DNA of 64,000 nt from the NCBI GenBank assembly GCA_964035545.1, contig OZ037766.1, positions 992,001 through 1,056,000 on the forward strand, read 5' to 3'. This DNA comes from Bugula neritina (taxonomy: Eukaryota; Animalia; Bryozoa). Of the stretch, positions 40,101 through 55,100 are shown piece after piece; positions within the stretch are counted from its first letter, which is position 1; each line of letters starts with the position of its first letter. Under the pieces are notes generated by a model. The model was not told the origin of the DNA. It did not search any database and worked only from the letters and a program-made list of their open reading frames with translations. The translations under genes were made by a program, and so were the position numbers.

Positions 40101-43100
40101 ATTTTTTATGATTGAGGTTGACAGGTAGACTGTGGAATTTGTGCAAATCCTTTTTCATAATATGTCAGAAATTCAAAATATAAGTTTTTTATTTGAGCAG
40201 GCAAATCTAAACATTGCGTTTTATTGTGTATTTGCAGCGACGCCAAGTGCTCAGCAGAAGTTCCAGCCGAGTGTGCCGAATTCATCCCATATACAACTTA
40301 TCCCAACAAGTTGTTTAATCTAACCACAGAAGATGAATATGGGAACTTTTCAGCGTCTATAGAGATGATTCTGAGGAATAACTGTACAGGTGTTGATGAG
40401 TACTGGGCAACATGGGGTGTATGCAACATGATGTTTCCACGCTGTCTTCTAGGATTTGAACTTCAGCTGTGCAGAAATACCTGTCTTGGTATGTGCTAGA
40501 ATTGACTATTGATTTTTCATAGACAAATCGGTTCACTGGGCCAACGGATGGATTACATCGCCAATGTTCAAATGCAATGCGATGCATCGTCAGAGTTTAC
40601 AATGGCTTCACCTTGAAACGCTGGCTTGTGACCTTCTTTCAAAAGCAAACAGTCAATTTAATAAATTTTTTCATAACAAATTTTCTAGAAAACATTGTCG
40701 AAGCTAGCTTTTTTTAATGTTGTAGACGGTGTGAGCTACTCGTGTCACGGCGAAGGTAGAGACTATCTGGAATCATTATGTATGAAGTTGCCCGAAGAAG
40801 AATGCCTACCCGCAATTGAGTCACCCGTTCAGCCCTGTGGCGAGCATGAGTTTTCTTGTGGGGGTGGTCAGTGCATTCCAGGTCTGGGGGTTTGCAACAA
40901 TAAGTACGAGTGCCTCAGTGGAGCCGACGAAAAAGAATGGTACGTGATTTTTATGATTGAGGTTGACGGGTAGACCGTTGAATTTGCGCAAATATTTTTT
41001 CATAATATGTCAGATATTGAAAACATAAGTCTTTTATTTGGGCAGGCAAATCTAAACATTGCGTTTTATCGTGTCTTTACAGCGACGCCATATGCTCAGC
41101 AGAAGTTCCAGCCGAGTGTGCCGAATTCATCCCATATACAACTTATCCCAACAAGTTGTTTAATCTAACCACAGAAGATGAATATGGGAACTTTTCAGCG
41201 TCTATAGAGATGATTCTGAGGAATAACTGTACAGATGTTGATGAGTACTGGGCAACATGGGGTGTATGCAACATGATGTTTCCACGCTGTCTTCTAGGAT
41301 TTGAACTTCAGCTGTGCAGAAATACCTGTCTTGGTATGTGCTAGAATTGACTATTGTTTTTCATAGATAAATCGGTTCACTGGGCCAACGGATGGATTAC
41401 ATCGCCAATGTTCAAATGCAATGCGATGCATCGTCAGAGTTTACAATGGCTTCACCATGAAACGCTGGCTTGTGGCCTTCTTTCAAAAGCAAACAGTGAA
41501 TTTAATAAATTTTTTTATAACAAATTTTCTAGAAAACATTGTTGAGGTTGGCTCTTTTGAATGTTGTAGACGGTGTGAGCTACTCGTGTCACGGCGAAGG
41601 TAGAGACTATCTGGAATCATTATGTATGAAGTTGCCCGAAGAAGAATGCCTACCCGCAATGGAGTCACCCGTTCAGCCCTGTGGCGAGCATGAGTTTTCT
41701 TGTGGGGGTGGTCAGTGCATTCCAGGTCTCGGGGTTTGCAACAATAAATACGAGTGTCTTAGTGGAGCCGACGAAGAAGAATGGTACGTGATTTTTTATG
41801 ATTGAGGTTGACAGGTAGACTGTGGAATTTGTGGAAATCTTTTTTCTCAATATTTCAGAAATTCAAAACTTTAATTTGTTTATTTGGGCAGGCAAATCTA
41901 AACATTGCGTTTTATCGTGTCTCTACAGCGACGCCAAATGCTCAGCAGAAGTTCCAGCCGAGTGTGCCGAATTCATCCCATATACAACTTATCCCAACAA
42001 GTTGTTTAATCTAACCACAGAAGATGAATATGGGAACTTTTCAGCGTCTATAGAGATGATTCTGAGGAATAACTGTACAGATGTTGATGAGTACTGGGCA
42101 ACATGGGGTGTATGCAACATGATGTTTCCACGCTGTCTTCTAGGATTTGAACTTCAGCTGTGCAGAAATACTTGTCTTGGTATGTGCTGGAATTGACTAT
42201 TGTTTTTTCATAGATAACTCGGCTCACTGGGCCAAAGGATGGATTACATCGCCAATGTTCAAATGCAATGCGATGCATCGTCAGAGTTTAGAATAGCTTC
42301 ACCATGAAACGCTGGCTTGTGGCCTTCTTTCAAAAGCAAACAGTGAATTTAATAAATTTTTTCATAACAAATTTTCTAGAAAACATTGTTGAGGTTAGTT
42401 TTTTTGAATGTTGTAGACGGTGTGAGATACTCGTGTCACGGCGAAGGTAGAGACTATCTGGAATCATTATGTATGAAGTTGCCCGAAGAAGAATGCCTAC
42501 CCGCAATTGAGTCACCCGTTCAGCCCTGTGGCGAGCATGAGTTTTCTTGTGGGGATGGTCAGTGCATTCCAGGTCTGGGGGTTTGCAACAATAAGTACGA
42601 GTGTCTCAGTGGAGCCGACGAAGAAGAATGGTACGTGATTTTTTATGATTGAGGTTGACAGGTAGACTGTGGAATTTGTGCAAATCTTTTTTCATAATAT
42701 GTCGGAAATTCAAAACATAAGATTTTTATTTGAGCAGGCAAATCTAAACATTGCGTTTTATTGCGTATTTGCAGCGACGCCAAATGCTCAGCAGAAGTTC
42801 CAGCCAAGTGTGCCGAATTCATCCCATATACAAGTTATCCCAACAAGTTGTTTAATCTAACCACAGAAGATGAATATGGGAACTTTTCAGCGTCTATAGA
42901 GATGATTCTGAGGAATAACTGTACAGATGTTGATGAGTACTGGGCAACATGGGGTGTATGCAACATGATGTTTCCACGCTGTCTACTAGGATTTGAACTT
43001 CAGCTGTGCAGAAATACTTGTCTTGGTATGTGCTGGAATTGACTATTGTTTTTTCATAGATAACTCGGCTCACTGGGCCAACGGATGGATTACATCGCCA

Positions 43101-46100
43101 ATGTTCAAATGCAATGCGATGCATCGTCAGAGTTTACAATGGCTTCACCATGAAACGCTGGCTTGTGGCCTTCTTTCAAAAGCAAACAGTGAATTTAATA
43201 AATTTTTGTATGTCAAATTTTCTAGAAAACATTGTAAAGGTTAACTTTTTTGAATGTTGTAGACGGTGTGAGATACTCGTGTCACGGCGAAGGTAGAGAC
43301 TATCTGGAATCATTATGTATGAAGTTGCCCGAAGAAGAATGCCTACCCGCAATTGAGTCACCCGTTCAGCCCTGTGGCGAGCATGAGTTTTCTTGTGGGG
43401 GTGGTCAGTGCATTCCAGGTCTCGGGGTTTGCAACAATAAGTACGAGTGTCTCAGTGGAGCCGACGAAGAAGAATGGTACGTAATTTTTTATGATTGAGG
43501 TTGACAGGTAGACTGTGGAATTTGTGGAAATCTTTTTTCTCAATATTTCAGAAATTCAAAACTTTAATTTGTTTATTTGGGCAGGCAAATCTAAACATTG
43601 CGTTTTATCGTGTCTCTACAGCGACGCCAAATGCTCAGCAGAAGTTCCAGCCGAGTGTGCCGAATTCATCCCATATACAACTTATCCCAACAAGTTGTTT
43701 AATCTAACCACAGAAGATGAATATGGGAACTTTTCAGCGTCTATAGAGATGATTCTGAGGAATAACTGTACAGATGTTGATGAGTACTGGGCAACATGGG
43801 GTGTATGCAACATGATGTTTCCACGCTGTCTTCTAGGATTTGAACTTCAGCTGTGCAGAAATACTTGTCTTGGTATGTGCTGGAATTGACTATTGTTTTT
43901 TCATAGATAACTCGGCTCACTGGGCCAAAGGATGGATTACATCGCCAATGTTCAAATGCAATGCGATGCATCGTCAGAGTTTAGAATAGCTTCACCATGA
44001 AACGCTGGCTTGTGGCCTTCTTTCAAAAGCAAACAGTGAATTTAATAAATTTTTTCATAACAAATTTTCTAGAAAACATTGTTGAGGTTAGTTTTTTTGA
44101 ATGTTGTAGACGGTGTGAGATACTCGTGTCACGGCGAAGGTAGAGACTATCTGGAATCATTATGTATGAAGTTGCCCGAAGAAGAATGCCTACCCGCAAT
44201 TGAGTCACCCGTTCAGCCCTGTGGCGAGCATGAGTTTTCTTGTGGGGATGGTCAGTGCATTCCAGGTCTGGGGGTTTGCAACAATAAGTACGAGTGTCTC
44301 AGTGGAGCCGACGAAGAAGAATGGTACGTGATTTTTTATGATTGAGGTTGACAGGTAGACTGTGGAATTTGTGCAAATCTTTTTTCATAATATGTCGGAA
44401 ATTCAAAACATAAGATTTTTATTTGAGCAGGCAAATCTAAACATTGCGTTTTATTGCGTATTTGCAGCGACGCCAAATGCTCAGCAGAAGTTCCAGCCGA
44501 GTGTGCCGAATTCATCCCATATACAACTTATCCCAACAAGTTGTTTAATCTAACCACAGAAGATGAATATGGGAACTTTTCAGCGTCTATAGAGATGATT
44601 CTGAGGAATAACTGTACAGATGTTGATGAGTACTGGGCAACATGGGGTGTATGCAACATGATGTTTCCACGCTGTCTTCTAGGATTTGAACTTCAGCTGT
44701 GCAGAAATACTTGTCTTGGTATGTGCTGGAATTGACTATTGTTTTTTCATAGATAACTCGGCTCACTGGGCCAACGGATGGATTACATCGCCAATGTTCA
44801 AATGCAATGCGATGCATCGTCAGAGTTTACAATAGCTTCACCATGAAACGCTGGCTTGTGGCCTTCTTTCAAAAGCAAACAGTGGATTTAATAAATTTTT
44901 GTATGTCAAATTTTCTAGAAAACATTGTAAAGGTTAACTTTTTTGAATGTTGTAGACGGTGTGAGATACTCGTGTCACGGCGAAGGTAGAGACTATCTGG
45001 AATCATTATGTATGAAGTTGCCCGAAGAAGAATGCCTACCCGCAATTGAGTCACCCGTTCAGCCCTGTGGCGAGCATGAGTTTTCTTGTGGGGATGGTCA
45101 GTGCATTCCAGGTCTGGGGGTTTGCAACAATAAGTACGAGTGTCTCAGTGGAGCCGACGAAGAAGAATGGTACGTGATTTTTTATGATTGAGGTTGACAG
45201 GTAGACTGTGGAATTTGTGCAAATCTTTTTTCATAATATGTCGGAAATTCAAAACATAAGATTTTTATTTGAGCAGGCAAATCTAAACATTGCGTTTTAT
45301 TGCGTATTTGCAGCGACGCCAAATGCTCAGCAGAAGTTCCAGCCGAGTGTGCCGAATTCATCCCATATACAACTTATCCCAACAAGTTGTTTAATCTAAC
45401 CACAGAAGATGAATATGGGAAATTTTCAGCGTCTATAGAGATGATTCTGAGGAATAACTGTACAGGTGTTGATGAGTACTGGGCAACATGGGGTGTATGC
45501 AACATGATGTTTCCACGCTGTCTTCTAGGATTTGAACTTCAGCTGTGCAGAAATACTTGTCTTGGTATGTGCTGGAATTGACTATTGTTTTTTCATAGAT
45601 AACTCGGCTCACTGGGCCAACGGATGGATTACATCGCCAATGTTCAAATGCAATGCGATGCATCGTCAGAGTTTACAATAGCTTCACCATGAAACGCTGA
45701 CTTGTGGCCTTCTTTCAAAAGCAAACAGTGGATTTAATAAATTTTTGTATGTCAAATTTTCTAGAAAACATTGTAAAGGTTAACTTTTTTGAATGTTGTA
45801 GACGGTGTGAGATACTCGTGTCACGGCGAAGGTAGAGACTATCTGGAATCATTATGTATGAAGTTGCCCGAAGAAGAATGCCTACCCGCAATTGAGTCAC
45901 CCGTGCAGCCCTGTGGCGAGCATGAGTTTTCTTGTGGGGATGGTCAGTGCATTCCAGGTCTGGGGGTTTGCAACAATAAGTACGAGTGTCTCAGTGGAGC
46001 CGACGAAGAAGAATGGTACGTAATTTTTTATGATTGAGGTTGACAGGTAGACTGTGGAATTTGTGCAAATCCTTTTTCATAATATGTCGGAAATTCAAAA

Positions 46101-49100
46101 CATAAGATTTTTATTTGAGCAGGCAAATCTAAACATTGCGTTTTATTGCGTATTTGCAGCGACGCCAAGTGCTCAGCAGAAGTTCCAGCCGAGTGTGCCG
46201 AATTCATCCCATATACAACTTATCCCAACAAGTTGTTTAATCTAACCACAGAAGATGAATATGGGAAATTTTCAGCGTCTATAGAGATGATTCTGAGGAA
46301 TAACTGTACAGGTGTTGATGAGTACTGGGCAACATGGGGTGTATGCAACATGATGTTTCCACGCTGTCTTCTAGGATTTGAACTTCAGCTGTGCAGAAAT
46401 ACTTGTCTTGGTATGTGCTGGAATTGACTATTGTTTTTTCATAGATAACTCGGCTCACTGGGCCAACGGATGGATTACATCGCCAATGTTCAAATGCAAT
46501 GCGATGCATCGTCAGAGTTTACAATAGCTTCACCATGAAACGCTGACTTGTGGCCTTCTTTCAAAAGCAAACAGTGGATTTAATAAATTTTTGTATGTCA
46601 AATTTTCTAGAAAACATTGTAAAGGTTAACTTTTTTGAATGTTGTAGACGGTGTGAGATACTCGTGTCACGGCGAAGGTAGAGACTATCTGGAATCATTA
46701 TGTATGAAGTTGCCCGAAGAAGAATGCCTACCCGCAATTGAGTCACCCGTGCAGCCCTGTGGCGAGCATGAGTTTTCTTGTGGGGATGGTCAGTGCATTC
46801 CAGGTCTGGGGGTTTGCAACAATAAGTACGAGTGTCTCAGTGGAGCCGACGAAGAAGAATGGTACGTAATTTTTTATGATTGAGGTTGACAGGTAGACTG
46901 TGGAATTTGTGCAAATCCTTTTTCATAATATGTCAGAAATTCAAAATATAAGTTTTTTATTTGAGCAGGCAAATCTAAACATTGCGTTTTATTGTGTATT
47001 TGCAGCGACGCCAAGTGCTCAGCAGAAGTTCCAGCCGAGTGTGCCGAATTCATCCCATATACAACTTATCCCAACAAGTTGTTTAATCTAACCACAGAAG
47101 ATGAATATGGGAACTTTTCAGCGTCTATAGAGATGATTCTGAGGAATAACTGTACAGGTGTTGATGAGTACTGGGCAACATGGGGTGTATGCAACATGAT
47201 GTTTCCACGCTGTCTTCTAGGATTTGAACTTCAGCTGTGCAGAAATACCTGTCTTGGTATGTGCTAGAATTGACTATTGATTTTTCATAGACAAATCGGT
47301 TCACTGGGCCAACGGATGGATTACATCGCCAATGTTCAAATGCAATGCGATGCATCGTCAGAGTTTACAATGGCTTCACCTTGAAACGCTGGCTTGTGAC
47401 CTTCTTTCAAAAGCAAACAGTCAATTTAATAAATTTTTTCATAACAAATTTTCTAGAAAACATTGTCGAAGCTAGCTTTTTTTAATGTTGTAGACGGTGT
47501 GAGCTACTCGTGTCACGGCGAAGGTAGAGACTATCTGGAATCATTATGTATGAAGTTGCCCGAAGAAGAATGCCTACCCGCAATTGAGTCACCCGTTCAG
47601 CCCTGTGGCGAGCATGAGTTTTCTTGTGGGGGTGGTCAGTGCATTCCAGGTCTGGGGGTTTGCAACAATAAGTACGAGTGCCTCAGTGGAGCCGACGAAA
47701 AAGAATGGTACGTGATTTTTATGATTGAGGTTGACGGGTAGACCGTTGAATTTGCGCAAATATTTTTTCATAATATGTCAGATATTGAAAACATAAGTCT
47801 TTTATTTGGGCAGGCAAATCTAAACATTGCGTTTTATCGTGTCTTTACAGCGACGCCATATGCTCAGCAGAAGTTCCAGCCGAGTGTGCCGAATTCATCC
47901 CATATACAACTTATCCCAACAAGTTGTTTAATCTAACCACAGAAGATGAATATGGGAACTTTTCAGCGTCTATAGAGATGATTCTGAGGAATAACTGTAC
48001 AGATGTTGATGAGTACTGGGCAACATGGGGTGTATGCAACATGATGTTTCCACGCTGTCTTCTAGGATTTGAACTTCAGCTGTGCAGAAATACCTGTCTT
48101 GGTATGTGCTAGAATTGACTATTGTTTTTCATAGATAAATCGGTTCACTGGGCCAACGGATGGATTACATCGCCAATGTTCAAATGCAATGCGATGCATC
48201 GTCAGAGTTTACAATGGCTTCACCATGAAACGCTGGCTTGTGGCCTTCTTTCAAAAGCAAACAGTGAATTTAATAAATTTTTTTATAACAAATTTTCTAG
48301 AAAACATTGTTGAGGTTGGCTCTTTTGAATGTTGTAGACGGTGTGAGCTACTCGTGTCACGGCGAAGGTAGAGACTATCTGGAATCATTATGTATGAAGT
48401 TGCCCGAAGAAGAATGCCTACCCGCAATGGAGTCACCCGTTCAGCCCTGTGGCGAGCATGAGTTTTCTTGTGGGGGTGGTCAGTGCATTCCAGGTCTCGG
48501 GGTTTGCAACAATAAATACGAGTGTCTTAGTGGAGCCGACGAAGAAGAATGGTACGTGATTTTTTATGATTGAGGTTGACAGGTAGACTGTGGAATTTGT
48601 GGAAATCTTTTTTCTCAATATTTCAGAAATTCAAAACTTTAATTTGTTTATTTGGGCAGGCAAATCTAAACATTGCGTTTTATCGTGTCTCTACAGCGAC
48701 GCCAAATGCTCAGCAGAAGTTCCAGCCGAGTGTGCCGAATTCATCCCATATACAACTTATCCCAACAAGTTGTTTAATCTAACCACAGAAGATGAATATG
48801 GGAACTTTTCAGCGTCTATAGAGATGATTCTGAGGAATAACTGTACAGATGTTGATGAGTACTGGGCAACATGGGGTGTATGCAACATGATGTTTCCACG
48901 CTGTCTTCTAGGATTTGAACTTCAGCTGTGCAGAAATACTTGTCTTGGTATGTGCTGGAATTGACTATTGTTTTTTCATAGATAACTCGGCTCACTGGGC
49001 CAAAGGATGGATTACATCGCCAATGTTCAAATGCAATGCGATGCATCGTCAGAGTTTAGAATAGCTTCACCATGAAACGCTGGCTTGTGGCCTTCTTTCA

Positions 49101-52100
49101 AAAGCAAACAGTGAATTTAATAAATTTTTTCATAACAAATTTTCTAGAAAACATTGTTGAGGTTAGTTTTTTTGAATGTTGTAGACGGTGTGAGATACTC
49201 GTGTCACGGCGAAGGTAGAGACTATCTGGAATCATTATGTATGAAGTTGCCCGAAGAAGAATGCCTACCCGCAATTGAGTCACCCGTTCAGCCCTGTGGC
49301 GAGCATGAGTTTTCTTGTGGGGATGGTCAGTGCATTCCAGGTCTGGGGGTTTGCAACAATAAGTACGAGTGTCTCAGTGGAGCCGACGAAGAAGAATGGT
49401 ACGTGATTTTTTATGATTGAGGTTGACAGGTAGACTGTGGAATTTGTGCAAATCTTTTTTCATAATATGTCGGAAATTCAAAACATAAGATTTTTATTTG
49501 AGCAGGCAAATCTAAACATTGCGTTTTATTGCGTATTTGCAGCGACGCCAAATGCTCAGCAGAAGTTCCAGCCAAGTGTGCCGAATTCATCCCATATACA
49601 AGTTATCCCAACAAGTTGTTTAATCTAACCACAGAAGATGAATATGGGAACTTTTCAGCGTCTATAGAGATGATTCTGAGGAATAACTGTACAGATGTTG
49701 ATGAGTACTGGGCAACATGGGGTGTATGCAACATGATGTTTCCACGCTGTCTACTAGGATTTGAACTTCAGCTGTGCAGAAATACTTGTCTTGGTATGTG
49801 CTGGAATTGACTATTGTTTTTTCATAGATAACTCGGCTCACTGGGCCAACGGATGGATTACATCGCCAATGTTCAAATGCAATGCGATGCATCGTCAGAG
49901 TTTACAATGGCTTCACCATGAAACGCTGGCTTGTGGCCTTCTTTCAAAAGCAAACAGTGAATTTAATAAATTTTTGTATGTCAAATTTTCTAGAAAACAT
50001 TGTAAAGGTTAACTTTTTTGAATGTTGTAGACGGTGTGAGATACTCGTGTCACGGCGAAGGTAGAGACTATCTGGAATCATTATGTATGAAGTTGCCCGA
50101 AGAAGAATGCCTACCCGCAATTGAGTCACCCGTTCAGCCCTGTGGCGAGCATGAGTTTTCTTGTGGGGGTGGTCAGTGCATTCCAGGTCTCGGGGTTTGC
50201 AACAATAAGTACGAGTGTCTCAGTGGAGCCGACGAAGAAGAATGGTACGTAATTTTTTATGATTGAGGTTGACAGGTAGACTGTGGAATTTGTGCAAATA
50301 TTTTTTCATAATATGTCAGAAGTTCAAAACATAAGTTTTTTATTTGAGCAGGCAAATCTAAACATTGCCTTTTATTGTGTATTTGCAGCGACGCCAAATG
50401 CTCAGCAGAAGTTCCAGCCGAGTGTGCCGAATTCATCCCATATACAACTTATCCCAACAAGTTGTTTAATCTAACCACAGAAGATGAATATGGGAACTTT
50501 TCAGCGTCTATAGAGATGATTCTGAGGAATAACTGTACAGATGTTGATGAGTACTGGGCAACATGGGGTGTATGCAACATGATGTTTCCACGCTGTCTTC
50601 TAGGATTTGAACTTCAGCTGTGCAGAAATACTTGTCTTGGTATGTGCTGGAATTGACTATTGTTTTTTCATAGATAACTCGGCTCACTGGGCCAACGGAT
50701 GGATTACATCGCCAATGTTCAAATGCAATGCGATGCATCGTCAGAGTTTACAATAGCTTCACCATGAAACGCTGGCTTGTGGCCTTCTTTCAAAAGCAAA
50801 CAGTGAATTTAATAAATTTTTTCATAACAAATTTTCTAGAAAACATTGTTGAGGTTAGTTTTTTTGAATGTTGTAGACGGTGTGAGATACTCGTGTCACG
50901 GCGAAGGTAGAGACTATCTGGAATCATTATGTATGAAGTTGCCTGAAGAAGAATGCCTACCCGCAATTGAGTCACCCGTTCAGCCCTGTGGCGACCATGA
51001 GTTTTCTTGTGGGGACGGTCAGTGCATTCCAGGTCTGGGGGTTTGCAACAATAAGTACGAGTGTCTCAGTGGAGCCGACGAAGAAGAATGGTACGTGATT
51101 TTTTATGATTGAGGTTGACAGGTAGACTGTGGAATTTGTGCAAATATTTTTTCATAACATGTCAGAAGTTCAAAACATAAGTTTTTTATTTGAGCAGGCA
51201 AATCTAAACATTGCGTTTTATTGTGTATTTGCAGCGACGCCAAATGCTCAGCAGAAGTTCCAGCCGAGTGTGCCGAATTCATCCCATATACAACTTATCC
51301 CAACAAGTTGTTTAATCTAACCACAGAAGATGAATATGGGAACTTTTCAGCGTCTATAGAGATGATTCTGAGGAATAACTGTACAGATGTTGATGAGTAC
51401 TGGGCAACATGGGGTGTATGCAACATGATGTTTCCACGCTGTCTTCTAGGATTTGAACTTCAGCTGTGCAGAAATACCTGTCTTGGTATGTGCTAGAATT
51501 GACTATTGTTTTTCATAGATAAATCGGTTCACTGGGCCAACGGATGGATTACATCGCCAATGTTCAAATGCAATGCGATGCACCGTCAGAGTTTACAATG
51601 GCTTCACCATGAAACGCTGGCTTGTGGCCTTCTTGCAAAAGCAAACAGTGAATTTAATAAATTTTTTTATAACAAATTTTCTAGAAAACATTGTTGAGGT
51701 TGGCTCTTTTGAATGTTGTAGACGGTGTGAGCTACTCGTGTCACGGCGAAGGTAGAGACTATCTGGAATCATTATGTATGAAGTTGCCCGAAGAAGAATG
51801 CCTACCCGCAATGGAGTCACCCGTTCAGCCCTGTGGCGAGCATGAGTTTTCTTGTGGGGGTGGTCAGTGCATTCCAGGTCTCGGGGTTTGCAACAATAAA
51901 TACGAGTGTCTTAGTGGAGCCGACGAAGAAGAATGGTACGTGATTTTTTATGATTGAGGTTGACAGGTAGACTGTGGAATTTGTGCAAATCTTTTTTCAT
52001 AATATGTCGGAAATTCAAAACATAAGATTTTTAATTGAGCAGGCAAATCTAAACATTGCGATTTATTGCGTATTTGCAGCGACGCCAAATGCTCAGCAGA

Positions 52101-55100
52101 AGTTCCAGCCGAGTGTGCCGAATTCATCCCATATACAACTTATCCCAACAAGTTGTTTAATCTAACCACAGAAGATGAATATGGGAACTTTTCAGCGTCT
52201 ATAGAGATGATTCTGAGGAATAACTGTACAGATGTTGATGAGTACTGGGCAACATGGGGTGTATGCAACATGATGTTTCCACGCTGTCTTCTAGGATTTG
52301 AACTTCAGCTGTGCAGAAATACTTGTCTTGGTATGTGCTGGAATTGACTATTGTTTTTTCATAGATAACTCGGCTCACTGGGCCAACGGATGGATTACAT
52401 CGCCAATGTTCAAATGCAATGCGATGCATCGTCAGAGTTTACAATAGCTTCACCATGAAACGCTGGCTTGTGGCCTTCTTTCAAAAGCAAACAGTGGATT
52501 TAATAAATTTTTGTATGTCAAATTTTCTAGAAAACATTGTAAAGGTTAACTTTTTTGAATGTTGTAGACGGTGTGAGATACTCGTGTCACGGCGAAGGTA
52601 GAGACTATCTGGAATCATTATGTATGAAGTTGCCCGAAGAAGAATGCCTACCCGCAATTGAGTCACCCGTTCAGCCCTGTGGCGAGCATGAGTTTTCTTG
52701 TGGGGATGGTCAGTGCATTCCAGGTCTGGGGGTTTGCAACAATAAGTACGAGTGTCTCAGTGGAGCCGACGAAGAAGAATGGTACGTGATTTTTTATGAT
52801 TGAGGTTGACAGGTAGACTGTGGAATTTGTGCAAATCTTTTTTCATAATATGTCGGAAATTCAAAACATAAGATTTTTATTTGAGCAGGCAAATCTAAAC
52901 ATTGCGTTTTATTGCGTATTTGCAGCGACGCCAAATGCTCAGCAGAAGTTCCAGCCGAGTGTGCCGAATTCATCCCATATACAACTTATCCCAACAAGTT
53001 GTTTAATCTAACCACAGAAGATGAATATGGGAACTTTTCAGCGTCTATAGAGATGATTCTGAGGAATAACTGTACAGATGTTGATGAGTACTGGGCAACA
53101 TGGGGTGTATGCAACATGATGTTTCCACGCTGTCTTCTAGGATTTGAACTTCAGCTGTGCAGAAATACTTGTCTTGGTATGTGCTGGAATTGACTATTGT
53201 TTTTTCATAGATAACTCGGCTCACTGGGCCAAAGGATGGATTACATCGCCAATGTTCAAATGCAATGCGATGCATCGTCAGAGTTTAGAATAGCTTCACC
53301 ATGAAACGCTGGCTTGTGGCCTTCTTTCAAAAGCAAACAGTGAATTTAATAAATTTTTTCATAACAAATTTTCTAGAAAACATTGTTGAGGTTAGTTTTT
53401 TTGAATGTTGTAGACGGTGTGAGATACTCGTGTCACGGCGAAGGTAGAGACTATCTGGAATCATTATGTATGAAGTTGCCCGAAGAAGAATGCCTACCCG
53501 CAATTGAGTCACCCGTTCAGCCCTGTGGCGAGCATGAGTTTTCTTGTGGGGGTGGTCAGTGCATTCCAGGTCTGGGGGTTTGCAACAATAAGTACGAGTG
53601 TCTCAGTGGAGCCGACGAAGAAGAATGGTACGTGATTTTTTATGATTGAGGTTGACAGGTAGACTGTGGAATTTGTGCAAATATTTTTTCATAATATGTC
53701 AGAAGTTCAAAATATAAGTTTTTTATTTGAGCAGGCAAATCTAAACATTGCGTTTTATTGTGTATTTGCAGCGACGCCAAGTGCTCAGCAGAAGTTCCAG
53801 CCGAGTGTGCCGAATTCATCCCATATACAACTTATCCCAACAAGTTGTTTAATCTAACCACAGAAGATGAATATGGGAACTTTTCAGCGTCTATAGAGAT
53901 GATTCTGAGGAATAACTGTACAGGTGTTGATGAGTACTGGGCAACATGGGGTGTATGCAACATGATGTTTCCACGCTGTCTTCTAGGATTTGAACTTCAG
54001 CTGTGCAGAAATACCTGTCTTGGTATGTGCTAGAATTGACTATTGATTTTTCATAGACAAATCGGTTCACTGGGCCAACGGATGGATTACATCGCCAATG
54101 TTCAAATGCAATGCGATGCATCGTCAGAGTTTACAATAGCTTCACCTTGAAACGCTGGCTTGTGACCTTCTTTCAAAAGCAAACAGTCAATTTAATAAAT
54201 TTATTCATAACAAATTTTCTAGAAAACATTGTGGAAGCTAGCTTTTTTGAATGTTGTAGACGGTGTGAGCTACTCGTGTCACGGCGAAGGTAGAGACTAT
54301 CTGGAATCATTATGTATGAAGTTGCCCGAAGAAGAATGCCTACCCGCAATTGAGTCACCCGTTCAGCCCTGTGGCGAGCATGAGTTTTCTTGTGGGGGTG
54401 GTCAGTGCATTCCAGGTCTCGGGGTTTGCAACAATAAGTACGAGTGTCTTAGTGGAGCCGACGAAGAAGAATGGTACGTGATTTTTTATGATTGAGGTTG
54501 ACAGGTAGACTGTGGAATTTGTGGAAATCTTTTTTCTCAATATTTCAGAAATTCAAAACTTTAATTTGTTTATTTGGGCAGGCAAATCTAAACATTGCGT
54601 TTTATCGTGTTTTTACAGCGACGCCATATGCTCAGCAGAAGTTCCAGCTGAGTGTGCCGAATTCATCCCATATACAACTTATCCCAACAAGTTGTTTAAT
54701 CTAACCACAGAAGATGAATATGGGAACTTTTCAGCGTCTATAGAGATGATTCTGAGGAATAACTGTACAGATGTTGATGAGTACTGGGCAACATGGGGTG
54801 TATGCAACATGATGTTTCCACGCTGTCTTCTAGGATTTGAACTTCAGCTGTGCAGAAATACTTGTCTTGGTATGTGCTGGAATTGACTATTGTTTTTTCA
54901 TAGATAACTCGGCTCACTGGGCCAACGGATGGATTACATCGCCAATGTTCAAATGCAATGCGATGCATCGTCAGAGTTTACAATAGCTTCACCATGAAAC
55001 GCTGGCTTGTGGCCTTCTTTCAAAAGCAAACAGTGAATTTAATAACTTTTTGTATGTCAAATTTTCTAGAAAACATTGTAAAGGTTAACTTTTTTGAATG

